Positions 9,901 to 18,460 are shown, numbered from the stretch's first letter. The stretch: 56,112 nt of DNA from an uncultured Christensenella sp. (GCA_964630515.1 CAZVVP010000003.1:1-56112); one strand, 5' to 3'. Numbers and translations: made by a program. Notes: a model not told the origin generated them from the letters alone.

Positions 9901-10590
9901 ATGAAAAAGTTCTATTTTTTTATTTTTATTATGATTTTTGCAAGTTTAATTTTTGTAAGTTGTGTTGACAACACCTACAACTTAGCACTCAATAATCTAT
10001 CTGAGATTAGAAACCAAATATTGATTGCTGAAGATGAAGATATTTATATGACCTTTATGAGTGGTAAAAGAGAAAAGGATTACAACTTAGATGGTGTATC
10101 AAACGAATTAATCGATTTTTCCATAATTAATCTTTATTTTAAAGACAAGAATTACGAATATAACGAAAAAAAAGTTGAGTATTCTCTAACCATCGATGAG
10201 ACTCTCTATAGCGGTGAAATGATTAATAACCCTTACGATAATAGTTTTGTAATAGATTTAGGCTTATTAGTTGATGAACTTAACTCTTTAGATATTACAA
10301 TCAAAGTAAATGAAGAAAGTAAAACTTATACATTAAATAACATTAGTAAAGCTTGGAAATATAGCAACGAAAAGGCACTAGAGACAGTATGTAAAGATTT
10401 GAAAGATTATTTACAACAAGAAATCAAAGATAATAAACTTAATGCTGAAGTTGTTATTAAGATTGTTTATAATAACGACTTGAGTGATACATATTATTGG
10501 TATGTACAAATCGTAACTATCAATGGCAACACATATACAGAATTAGTTAATCCGCAAACTAACGAAATACTTGCCAAAAATATTTCTTAA
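9901..10590 (+). CDS. putative lipoprotein, function unknown
   Basis: Signal peptide with lipobox LIFVSC; SD taggag; C-terminal YYWYVQIVTINGNTYTELVNPQTNEIL is PepSY-like. Own terminator. Confidence 0.65.
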   Translation: MKKFYFFIFIMIFASLIFVSCVDNTYNLALNNLSEIRNQILIAEDEDIYMTFMSGKREKDYNLDGVSNELIDFSIINLYFKDKNYEYNEKKVEYSLTIDETLYSGEMINNPYDNSFVIDLGLLVDELNSLDITIKVNEESKTYTLNNISKAWKYSNEKALETVCKDLKDYLQQEIKDNKLNAEVVIKIVYNNDLSDTYYWYVQIVTINGNTYTELVNPQTNEILAKNIS

Positions 10591-10599
10591 TACTAAACT

Positions 10600-10634
10600 A
10601 ATCACAAACATAATATTTTGTTTGTGATTTTTTA
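10600..10634 (+). terminator. rho-independent terminator
   Basis: Stem aatcacaaaca / tgtttgtgatt (10600-10610 / 10619-10629), 8-nt loop, T-run to 10634. Confidence 0.8.
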
Positions 10635-10655
10635 TAATTAATTTTTATTTCAGTA

Positions 10656-10684
10656 TTTACAAAGCATAAACTGTATGTTAAAAT
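10656..10684 (+). promoter_or_regulatory. sigma-A type promoter
   Basis: TTTACA, 17-nt spacer, TAAAAT with TGt extended -10; about 60 nt upstream of ATG 10743. Confidence 0.5.
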
Positions 10685-10742
10685 GAACATAATATCAAAC
10701 TACATTTATTTTTATTAATTTTAAACACAATGGAGGAAGAAA

Positions 10743-11444
10743 ATGAAACAAATTAATTATGTTTCTGACGATATGGACTTTAATGCTGGAAGTTTAATTT
10801 CAAATATAATGAATACTTTTGCAGAAAATAATATAGCTCCATATTCAACTGGTAATGGCAGAATTATGACTGGTTCACAAGTTTACTATGATACTGCTAA
10901 TCAAAATTTGCTTACAAGAGGTGGATTTTGTAGAAAAACGAAATGTATTGATAAGAATAACCATGAACTAGAAAGTTATCTAGAATTTAGACTATCTAAA
11001 GATGATGAAATTACAAAAATTGATTTGATTAATGATGAAATTACAAATGAAGAAATTTGTAAATTGTCAGGAATAGATGATTTAAATGAGGTACTTTCTT
11101 TGCAAGGAAACAACTTTCATTTTTATTTTCAAAAGGTAGACTTAGAATTAATGTTTACAAATAGAGGAAGTTATGTTGACTTTATTATGCAAACAGTCAC
11201 TGCCAAACACTTTAATTCTGAAACGGAAAAGAAGGTAGCGTTCTTTTCGTTAATAGACCAAACTAATGAACGCCAAAATGTAGAGAAATACGAAGAGAAA
11301 ACAAGCGAAATATTTAGTGTATTTAATTCAGTTATAAGTAATTATAATCTTGAGAAAGTTTCTGGTTATAGATATTCAGAACTTATGAACTTATTTCCGG
11401 AATCAACAACAACTCTTAACTTTGAAGATTGTAACGAATTATAA
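10743..11444 (+). CDS. hypothetical cytoplasmic protein
   Basis: 233-aa ORF with SD ggaggaag 6 nt upstream. No signal peptide or TM segment, and no motif I recognise. Confidence 0.65.
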   Translation: MKQINYVSDDMDFNAGSLISNIMNTFAENNIAPYSTGNGRIMTGSQVYYDTANQNLLTRGGFCRKTKCIDKNNHELESYLEFRLSKDDEITKIDLINDEITNEEICKLSGIDDLNEVLSLQGNNFHFYFQKVDLELMFTNRGSYVDFIMQTVTAKHFNSETEKKVAFFSLIDQTNERQNVEKYEEKTSEIFSVFNSVISNYNLEKVSGYRYSELMNLFPESTTTLNFEDCNEL

Positions 11445-11500
11445 GACAAAAAAGTTTTTTCATTATTTGAAAAGACTTTTTTTGTTAGTTAAAACTATTA

Positions 11501-12337
11501 ATGTATGATAAAATGTTATTGATGGACAAAGAGAATTCTATTCTAAAAACAGTTCTAATTACTTTAATAACGTTGATTTCTATAACAATTGTTTGTTGTT
11601 TAATTTTTTGGTTCTTCTTTCCAGTAACTACAGCAAATATCTGTTATAACTTAGGTCTATATGAGTCATCGGCAAGTCTTAATATAAGAGATTATAATAA
11701 TACAAAAAATATAAACTCAATTGCAAAAGCAACAGATACTTATATTTATTTACAAGATTACGAAAAATATATTGATGCTTTTGAGCTTTTTTATCAAGAT
11801 GAAAACTATTTCGCATATATAAATGATTTGAATACAAAAAATTATAATAATAAAGAATTCAATATTGTAACAAAAAGCTCTCTTATTAATGAAAACAATT
11901 ATTATTGCAATTATTATATTAAATCATTAATTAAAAATGACGAAATATCAAAAGCAAAATCATTTGTTTTGGAAAATATTGTGGAATATTCTAAAACACA
12001 AATTGACTATTTAACTCCAGATAATTATCTTTTATCCAATATGGTTGATATAAAGGAATATAGCTGGTTTATAGAACAAAACTTTAACAACAAAAGTATC
12101 TTAGAAATAATTTATAGTAATTTTAATATTATGTATGAAGAAATACTATTGTTGAATAACGAAACAAATATTGATGAAATATATTTTTTAAATTTCAGTA
12201 GAACAAGTTTAATGATTGGTTTAGATATACAAGAGATTTGTAATAACCATATTCAAAATATATTATCTACAGATAACATATTAACATTACAAGCAAAACT
12301 AACAGAATTAGACGGTATAATAAAAGAGCATATTTAA
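11501..12337 (+). CDS. hypothetical membrane-anchored protein
   Basis: 278-aa ORF with a single N-terminal TM (TVLITLITLISITIVCCLIFWFFF), then an N/Y/I-rich soluble part. The start is ambiguous among ATGs 11501, 11513 and 11522. Confidence 0.55.
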   Translation: MYDKMLLMDKENSILKTVLITLITLISITIVCCLIFWFFFPVTTANICYNLGLYESSASLNIRDYNNTKNINSIAKATDTYIYLQDYEKYIDAFELFYQDENYFAYINDLNTKNYNNKEFNIVTKSSLINENNYYCNYYIKSLIKNDEISKAKSFVLENIVEYSKTQIDYLTPDNYLLSNMVDIKEYSWFIEQNFNNKSILEIIYSNFNIMYEEILLLNNETNIDEIYFLNFSRTSLMIGLDIQEICNNHIQNILSTDNILTLQAKLTELDGIIKEHI

Positions 12338-12349
12338 AGAGGATAGCAT

Positions 12350-13921
12350 ATGAACAAAGAAATACGACAATTAGAAAAAAATATTTTACAATCATATGTA
12401 AATAAAATATTTGATAAAGAAAAAATTATTGATGAAGCATTTTTAAAAGTTGTTGTAGATATATCTCTCAAAAATAAAGTTGAAATTGCTGTTATTTCAA
12501 ATAGAAAGGGGGAAATTCTAGATGTTGTAACAGGGGATTCTGTATCTACTTCAATTGATTCCAGAGTGCTTGCAGATAATGGTATAAGAATTCTACACAC
12601 ACATCCATTTGCTTCATCAACGCTAAGTGACAAAGATAAACTTCTTTTGAAAAAAAACAACTTGGATTACATAGTGGCTGTATCTGTTAATGATAATGGA
12701 GTAGGGGATTTTAGTATAGGTTATATAACAAAAGACAAAATTGTTGAAGAAAAGTATGATTATGCTTTGTATATTAACAAATACGGAATTATGGAAAAAA
12801 TTAATTATATTATTAAAGAAAATAGAAAAAATAAGCCTAGCACAATTAGTTCAGACCTTGAGAAAGACAAAGCAATACTGGTTGCCGTTGATATTAACAG
12901 AAGTTATTTAAACCTTGAAGAGTCTTTAGAAGAACTAAAAGGTTTATGCCTAACAGACAATATTGAAGTTGTCGGAGTTGTAACACAAAACAAATCTGCT
13001 CCTGACCCAAAATTCCTAATTGGTATTGGAAAATTAGAAGAATTAAAAGACTTAGTAATAAGAACTGAAGCAAATTTAGTTGTTTTTGAAAACGAATTAT
13101 CTGCAGGTAAACAAGTTAATTTGTCTAACTATCTTAGTGTTAAAGTTATAGACAGAAGTATGCTAATTCTAGATATCTTTGCAAAAAGAGCTAGAACAAA
13201 TGAGGGTAAACTACAAGTTGAATTAGCACAACTTAAATATATGCTACCTAGATTAAAATCTTATATTGACTCTTCCAACAGATATGGTGGAGGAGTTGGT
13301 ATGCGTGGACCGGGTGAAACAAAACTAGAATTGAACAGGCGTGTTGTTGAGAATAATATCATTAAGAAATCAAACGAATTAAAGAAGCTAAAGCAACATA
13401 GAGAACTTAACAGAAAAAATAGAAAAGTCAATACAAATCCAACAATCTCTATTGTAGGATATACCAATAGTGGAAAAAGTAGCCTTCTTAATCTTTTAGC
13501 AAAAGATGATATTTATGCTAAAGATGAATTGTTCGCGACCTTAGACACAACTTCTAGAAAAGTTTGGTTAGGAGACAAGAAAGAAGTAATTATAACTGAT
13601 ACTGTTGGGTTTATTAGCAATTTACCACATGAATTTATAGAAGCATTTAGTAGTACATTGGAGGAATGTATTTATTCAGATTTGTTGTTACTTGTTGTAG
13701 ACATATCTAATCCAAGTTACGAATCTCAAATAAAAGTTTCATTAGATGTATTAGAAAAATTAGGTTCTAGTGTACCAATTATAAAAGTGTATAATAAGTG
13801 TGATAAAGTAGATATAACTGAATTTAAAGAAAAATTAAATGATGGTATTATTATCTCAGTAAAGACTAATTATGGTATCGAAAATTTGAAACAGAAAATT
13901 AAAAATTTTTTTAAAAAATAG
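12350..13921 (+). CDS. hflX: GTPase HflX with N-terminal JAMM/MPN-like extension
   Basis: HflX N-domain IDRSMLILDIFAKRARTNEGKLQVELAQLKY and GPGETKLE; G1 GYTNSGKSSLLN, G3 DTVGF, G4 NKCD. SD agagga. The first ~170 aa are extra and contain HTHPFASSTLSDKD. Confidence 0.9.
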   Translation: MNKEIRQLEKNILQSYVNKIFDKEKIIDEAFLKVVVDISLKNKVEIAVISNRKGEILDVVTGDSVSTSIDSRVLADNGIRILHTHPFASSTLSDKDKLLLKKNNLDYIVAVSVNDNGVGDFSIGYITKDKIVEEKYDYALYINKYGIMEKINYIIKENRKNKPSTISSDLEKDKAILVAVDINRSYLNLEESLEELKGLCLTDNIEVVGVVTQNKSAPDPKFLIGIGKLEELKDLVIRTEANLVVFENELSAGKQVNLSNYLSVKVIDRSMLILDIFAKRARTNEGKLQVELAQLKYMLPRLKSYIDSSNRYGGGVGMRGPGETKLELNRRVVENNIIKKSNELKKLKQHRELNRKNRKVNTNPTISIVGYTNSGKSSLLNLLAKDDIYAKDELFATLDTTSRKVWLGDKKEVIITDTVGFISNLPHEFIEAFSSTLEECIYSDLLLLVVDISNPSYESQIKVSLDVLEKLGSSVPIIKVYNKCDKVDITEFKEKLNDGIIISVKTNYGIENLKQKIKNFFKK

Positions 13922-14046
13922 TAGCACACAAATTTACTTCCTGCATATTATGAAGTAGAAAGCAAGACAAATGTTTTGTTTCTAACAGCTGTTAAATATA
14001 ATATTTTTGCTTTTGAAAAAACGATTCAAAGTAGGAGGTTATGTTT

Positions 14047-14256
14047 ATGTTTTTTGGTCATATGAACGGTGGCTGTGGTTGCGGTGGAAACATGAATCAC
14101 AAAGATAAAGACAACGATTGTTGCTGCTTAATAATTTTAATTTTATTATTATGTGGTAATTGCAATTTTGGTTTTGGTGGAGACAACTGCTGTTGTGATA
14201 TCATTATCTTATTGTTATTATTAAGTTGCTGCGGTTGCGGTTCTAATCATTGTTAA
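14047..14256 (+). CDS. Cys/Gly-rich tiny hydrophobic protein, YjcZ-like (sporulation-associated tiny TM family?)
   Basis: AGGAGG at 14033-14038 lies 8 nt before ATG 14047 (the track start 14041 is only 2 nt from the SD). 14 Cys and 12 Gly in 71 aa, with two L/I runs. Own terminator. Confidence 0.6.
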   Translation: MFFGHMNGGCGCGGNMNHKDKDNDCCCLIILILLLCGNCNFGFGGDNCCCDIIILLLLLSCCGCGSNHC

Positions 14257-14308
14257 TTAATATACATATTTTACACATATAGTTTACAAAATTTTACACA
14301 ATTATATA

Positions 14309-14340
14309 AACACAAGAGGGGTCTCTTGTGTTTTTTCTTT
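14309..14340 (+). terminator. rho-independent terminator
   Basis: Stem aacacaagag / ctcttgtgtt with loop gggt, followed by tttttt. Confidence 0.85.
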
Positions 14341-14369
14341 TTTTATTTATTATTATATAAATTCATGGT

Positions 14370-14398
14370 TTGACAAACTACTTTAAATATGTTAACTT
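14370..14398 (+). promoter_or_regulatory. sigma-A type promoter for engB (possibly leaderless transcript)
   Basis: TTGACA (14370-14375), 17-nt spacer, TAACTT (14393-14398), preceded by TGt. The ATG at 14405 is only 6 nt after the -10. Confidence 0.45.
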
Positions 14399-14404
14399 AA
14401 GTAT

Positions 14405-14986
14405 ATGAGAATTACAAGTACTAAATTTATTAAGAGTGTTGCTAATGGCAAAGATATAATTAATGATGGCAAGAATATGATTGCCTTTGTAGGAAGAAGT
14501 AATGTTGGAAAAAGTTCATTACTTAATTTTTTGGTAAATAACAAGAATATGGCTAGAACAAGTAGTACACCTGGAAGAACAAGGTTAATTAATTATTTTC
14601 TTATTAATAATGATTTTTATTTTGTTGATTTACCTGGTTATGGTTTTGCTAAAGGCTCTAAAGAAGAAAGTTCTAAATGGGACGATTTGATGGACCCATT
14701 CTTTACAGATAGCGAAAAATTGAAATTAGTTTGTGTTTTAGTTGATTGCAGAATTTCTCCAACAGAATTAGACCGCAATATGATAACTTATTTAACATAT
14801 TATCAAATACCTTTTATTGTAATAGCAACCAAAAGTGATAAATTGCCTAAAACAAAATTAAAACCAACTATCCAAAAACTTGCTAGTGATTTAGGACTAG
14901 CAATTGGCAATGTGTATATCACAAGCTCTTCTAACAAACAAGGAAGAGATGAAGTTTTACAAAAATTTGAACAATTCTTGGACTAG
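14405..14986 (+). CDS. engB: ribosome biogenesis GTP-binding protein EngB/YsxC
   Basis: G1 GRSNVGKSSLLN, G3 DLPGYG, G4 TKSDK; typical ~195 aa length. Confidence 0.92.
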   Translation: MRITSTKFIKSVANGKDIINDGKNMIAFVGRSNVGKSSLLNFLVNNKNMARTSSTPGRTRLINYFLINNDFYFVDLPGYGFAKGSKEESSKWDDLMDPFFTDSEKLKLVCVLVDCRISPTELDRNMITYLTYYQIPFIVIATKSDKLPKTKLKPTIQKLASDLGLAIGNVYITSSSNKQGRDEVLQKFEQFLD

Positions 14987-14990
14987 GAAA

Positions 14991-15977
14991 ATGGAAAATA
15001 AAATACAAAGATTAGACAATTACTCAACTATAGATTCGTATAAAACATATTTCAATATGTTTATTTTTACAGTTATCTTTTCGCTTATCTATAATTTAAT
15101 TATTTCGATACTTATTAGTGCCGGGGGACTTTCAGCTGAAACAATTGATAGTAACCCAATTATTATGTATGCACAATGTTTTGTAAGTCCCTTAATGTTT
15201 TTTTCTTTGTTCTTATGGCAAAATAGGGGGAAAAAATACAACATAAAGCAAATTTTAGGTGTAAATAAAAAAATAAGTTATAAGACTGTTCTTTTATCAA
15301 TTATAGTTGCTATATTTTGTCTTTTCTTATTTTCAAATATAGCAACGCTATTTAATTATTCATTAAAATTTATAGGTTTTAATCCACCTGATGAAATTAA
15401 TTTGCTTAAAGATAATTTTGGTCACTTGCTACTTAATATTTTTGTTCTAGCTTTACTTCCTGCAGTTTTTGAAGAACTTATCTTTAGAGGAATAGTATTT
15501 AAAGGCTTAATTACAGACCACAAACCAATTGTAGCAATATTATTAACTACATTTATGTTTACCTTTATGCATGGGACTTTACAACAAACTTTTTATCAAT
15601 TAATTTTGGGTCTAGTTATAACCTTAATTATGTATGTAACAGATAATATACTATATCCAATTATTGTGCATTTTTGCAATAACGCTATAGTTATTATCGT
15701 TGATTATATCACTTATCATCAAGAAGTGGCAGGAACATTTGCTACTGACTTTTTTAGCATAGTTAATTATTTCTTATTAGCATTTGTGGGAGTAGTTTTG
15801 TTTTATTTAATTTTTGATAAATTAATTAAAAATAACAAAGCCACAACTACTACAACTACTGAGTTTAAATCATTTAAGAAATACTCCTTAAGAGAAAAAG
15901 AGTACTGTGTATTAAGTTTATCTTTGGCTGTAGTGATTTGGGTAATTACTACTATCACAATTCTTGTTCAGGGGTAA
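14991..15977 (+). CDS. CPBP family intramembrane glutamic endopeptidase (CAAX protease/Abi family)
   Basis: Multi-TM protein with motifs PAVFEELIFRG, FMHG and HFCNN. ATG 14991 has SD aggaaa just after the engB stop; the longer track start 14904 would overlap engB by 83 nt. Confidence 0.8.
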   Translation: MENKIQRLDNYSTIDSYKTYFNMFIFTVIFSLIYNLIISILISAGGLSAETIDSNPIIMYAQCFVSPLMFFSLFLWQNRGKKYNIKQILGVNKKISYKTVLLSIIVAIFCLFLFSNIATLFNYSLKFIGFNPPDEINLLKDNFGHLLLNIFVLALLPAVFEELIFRGIVFKGLITDHKPIVAILLTTFMFTFMHGTLQQTFYQLILGLVITLIMYVTDNILYPIIVHFCNNAIVIIVDYITYHQEVAGTFATDFFSIVNYFLLAFVGVVLFYLIFDKLIKNNKATTTTTTEFKSFKKYSLREKEYCVLSLSLAVVIWVITTITILVQG

Positions 15978-15981
15978 AGAT

Positions 15982-17112
15982 ATGGAATATATTAAAGAAC
16001 AGAAATTTAAATCCGTTTACAAAACATATCTTATATATTTTATTGTATTGATTTGTTTTATTGCAGTTAGAATTATGTCTTCATTGGGGACATTTTCCGA
16101 ATTAAATTCTAATATTGCTGATGTTATTTATACTATATTAATAGAAGTTGTTTGTTTATTCATAATACCTTTAATCCTTTATTGTGTTTTTATTAAAGTA
16201 AAACCAAAACAAGTATTTCGTACTTGTAATTTTAGTAAAATAAGTTTCAAAACAGTACTTTTATCAATTCTATTAGGCACAGTAATGTATTTTTTGACTG
16301 TATTGTTATCTACATTCTTTAACGGAATAATAATCTTGTTTGGATATCAATCTAGTGGTAGTTCTACAGAAGAATATACTCTAATAACATACATTATTCA
16401 GATTTTTACTACTGCATTACTTCCAGCAGTGTGTGAAGAATTCTTACACAGAGGTATACTTTTACAAGGTACAAAACATATAGGATTTACTCGTTCAATT
16501 ATTATTAGTTCATTTCTATTTGGGTTGATACACTTAAACATTACCCAAGTATTTTATGCATCTGTACTTGGTTTGATTATAGGATATGTCTCAGTTGTTA
16601 CTAAAAATATTTGGCCAGCCATTATTATACATTTTATGAATAATTTCTTATCAATTACTGACAATTATCTTTCGTCCAATGTTACTTGGTACAAAACATT
16701 TATGCAAAGTATCTACAGTTGGTTTAATAGCATTAATTATATTTTAACAGTCCTAATAATAACAGTAGTTTTGATGTTGTTAGTTTTGATTATATATTTC
16801 TTAATTACAAGATTGTATTACAATGGATTGGTAAAGAAAGTAGAAAAAAGCATATCGGAGGTTTATCAAAAGAATGGACAGGTCTCAACTAATATGCCAA
16901 TTCTTATCGAAAATGAAGAGGTCTTAAACTTAGTAGAAAGTACAACTACTCTTAATTTAGATTTTAATAGTATAAAAAACCCACTTGCATTATTGATGCC
17001 AAAACAAACTAAAGTTTATAGAAGCACATACAAAGATAAAATATTTCTTAAAGGCTCATTTGTTCTCAGCATAATTATTACTATATTTACATTTATTTGG
17101 GGGTTGATGTAA
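15982..17112 (+). CDS. CPBP family intramembrane glutamic endopeptidase, second paralog
   Basis: Motifs PAVCEEFLHRG, GLIHL and HFMNN; multi-TM. ATG 15982 lies 5 nt after the upstream stop. Confidence 0.8.
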   Translation: MEYIKEQKFKSVYKTYLIYFIVLICFIAVRIMSSLGTFSELNSNIADVIYTILIEVVCLFIIPLILYCVFIKVKPKQVFRTCNFSKISFKTVLLSILLGTVMYFLTVLLSTFFNGIIILFGYQSSGSSTEEYTLITYIIQIFTTALLPAVCEEFLHRGILLQGTKHIGFTRSIIISSFLFGLIHLNITQVFYASVLGLIIGYVSVVTKNIWPAIIIHFMNNFLSITDNYLSSNVTWYKTFMQSIYSWFNSINYILTVLIITVVLMLLVLIIYFLITRLYYNGLVKKVEKSISEVYQKNGQVSTNMPILIENEEVLNLVESTTTLNLDFNSIKNPLALLMPKQTKVYRSTYKDKIFLKGSFVLSIIITIFTFIWGLM

Positions 17113-17582
17113 TGAAAATTAATATTTTGTGTATAGGCACCATTAAAGAGAAATTTTTTACTCAAGCTTGCAACGAATATATTAAGAGAATTAGTCGTTA
17201 TCACACAATCGACATTTTTGAATTTGAGGAAGAAAGAATTCCAAAAAATGCCAATCAAGCAGATATTGCTAAAGTTAAAGTAAAAGAGAGTATGAAATTT
17301 GAAAAGTATCTGAAAGGATACAATGTAGTATTAGATGTAAATGGTAAAAGTATGCCAAGTATTGACTTTGCTAAACATATCGAAAAAGTAGCTCAAACAA
17401 ATTTTGTTATCAATTTTATCATAGGCGGAAGTTATGGGTTAAGTGACAACTTGAAAAAACAAGCAGATTTGCTACTTAGCTTCTCAGAGTTTACTTTTCC
17501 TCACCAATTAATGAGAGTAATTTTGTTGGAACAAATATATAGGGCAACAACTATTAATAATAATATATTGTATCATAAATAA
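17112..17582 (+). CDS. rlmH: 23S rRNA (pseudouridine1915-N3)-methyltransferase RlmH
   Basis: SPOUT family, about 156 aa, with IIGGSYGL and HQLMRVILLEQIYRA. The start forms a TAATG overlap with the upstream stop. Confidence 0.9.
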   Translation: MKINILCIGTIKEKFFTQACNEYIKRISRYHTIDIFEFEEERIPKNANQADIAKVKVKESMKFEKYLKGYNVVLDVNGKSMPSIDFAKHIEKVAQTNFVINFIIGGSYGLSDNLKKQADLLLSFSEFTFPHQLMRVILLEQIYRATTINNNILYHK

Positions 17583-17598
17583 TAGGGGAGTGATAACA

Positions 17599-18450
17599 AT
17601 GCTAACTGAAACTTTAGTTGAGAAAACAAAAAAAATAGAAAAAATCAGTTTTGCAATTTTTATTATTAATAAATTGAAAAACAAAAAGGTACTTGGATTA
17701 ACGACAACAGAATGGTTAAAAAAAGAATTTGTTGGGTTGCCTCTTTATATTATAGACAATAATAACGACGATAATATAAAAGAAAAAATAAAACCTTATG
17801 CTATTAATTATGATTATATCTTTATAATCAATAACAATACGCCATTTATAACAAAAAATCTGATTGATAATATAATGGAATATATTTGGTTTAAAAATAG
17901 TCTTGCTTGTAAGCTATATTTAGGTGCAGTATATAAGACAAGTTACTATTTAGCTACAAACGAAATTAATTATGATAATTTCTACATGCAAAACCAAGAA
18001 CAATTTGCTATAGTCGAAACAGAAGAACAAGTCGCTATGGCAGAAAAATATTTTTCAAAAAAGATAATATTAGAAAACCAGAAAAAAGGTGTAATGTTTG
18101 AAAATCCAAATTCTGTTATATTGTCTCCATTCTGCGAAATAGGAAAAGGTACAACAATTTTTAGCAATTGTGTAATTAAAGGCAAGACAAAGATAGGTAG
18201 TAACGCAATTATAAATAATAATACTACTATCATAGACTCAACCATAGGAAACAACACTTCTATGTCTAATAGCAATATTACAAAATGCAAAATTGGAAAC
18301 AATGTTATAATTAGTCCTTATTGCACAATAAACAAATCAAAAATCGCGGATAATTGCTTTATAGAAGGGTATTGTTTAATTGACAACTTTTCAGTAAACA
18401 AAAATGAATTAATAAAAGCAAGAACTACATTACAAAAAGAAAAAAACTAA
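17599..18450 (+). CDS. GlmU-like protein with degenerate uridyltransferase motifs and truncated left-handed beta-helix
   Basis: GGGGAG SD 8 nt before ATG 17599. Colinear with GlmU (FAIFII.. for FAVVLAAGxGTRM; IFIINNNTPFIT for IVICGDTPLL; linker helix EEQVAMAEKYFSKKI; hexapeptide repeats IGKGTTIFSNCVIKGKTKIGSNAIINNNTTIIDSTIGNN), but only 284 aa against ~450. Confidence 0.6.
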   Translation: MLTETLVEKTKKIEKISFAIFIINKLKNKKVLGLTTTEWLKKEFVGLPLYIIDNNNDDNIKEKIKPYAINYDYIFIINNNTPFITKNLIDNIMEYIWFKNSLACKLYLGAVYKTSYYLATNEINYDNFYMQNQEQFAIVETEEQVAMAEKYFSKKIILENQKKGVMFENPNSVILSPFCEIGKGTTIFSNCVIKGKTKIGSNAIINNNTTIIDSTIGNNTSMSNSNITKCKIGNNVIISPYCTINKSKIADNCFIEGYCLIDNFSVNKNELIKARTTLQKEKN

Positions 18451-18460
18451 AGGAGAACTT

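Noticed and set aside
13935-13960. Hairpin tacttc-N11-gaagta after hflX as its terminator.
   Set aside because: The stem is only 6 bp and no T-run follows. It may instead belong to the promoter or leader of the Cys-rich gene.
14047-14256. Cys-rich ORF as a RiPP, bacteriocin or metallothionein precursor.
   Set aside because: No modification enzyme, transporter or immunity genes are adjacent; the flanking genes are hflX and engB. There is no leader/core organisation or double-Gly site. The two (I/L)8 runs look like membrane segments, so the YjcZ-like tiny membrane protein reading is preferred.
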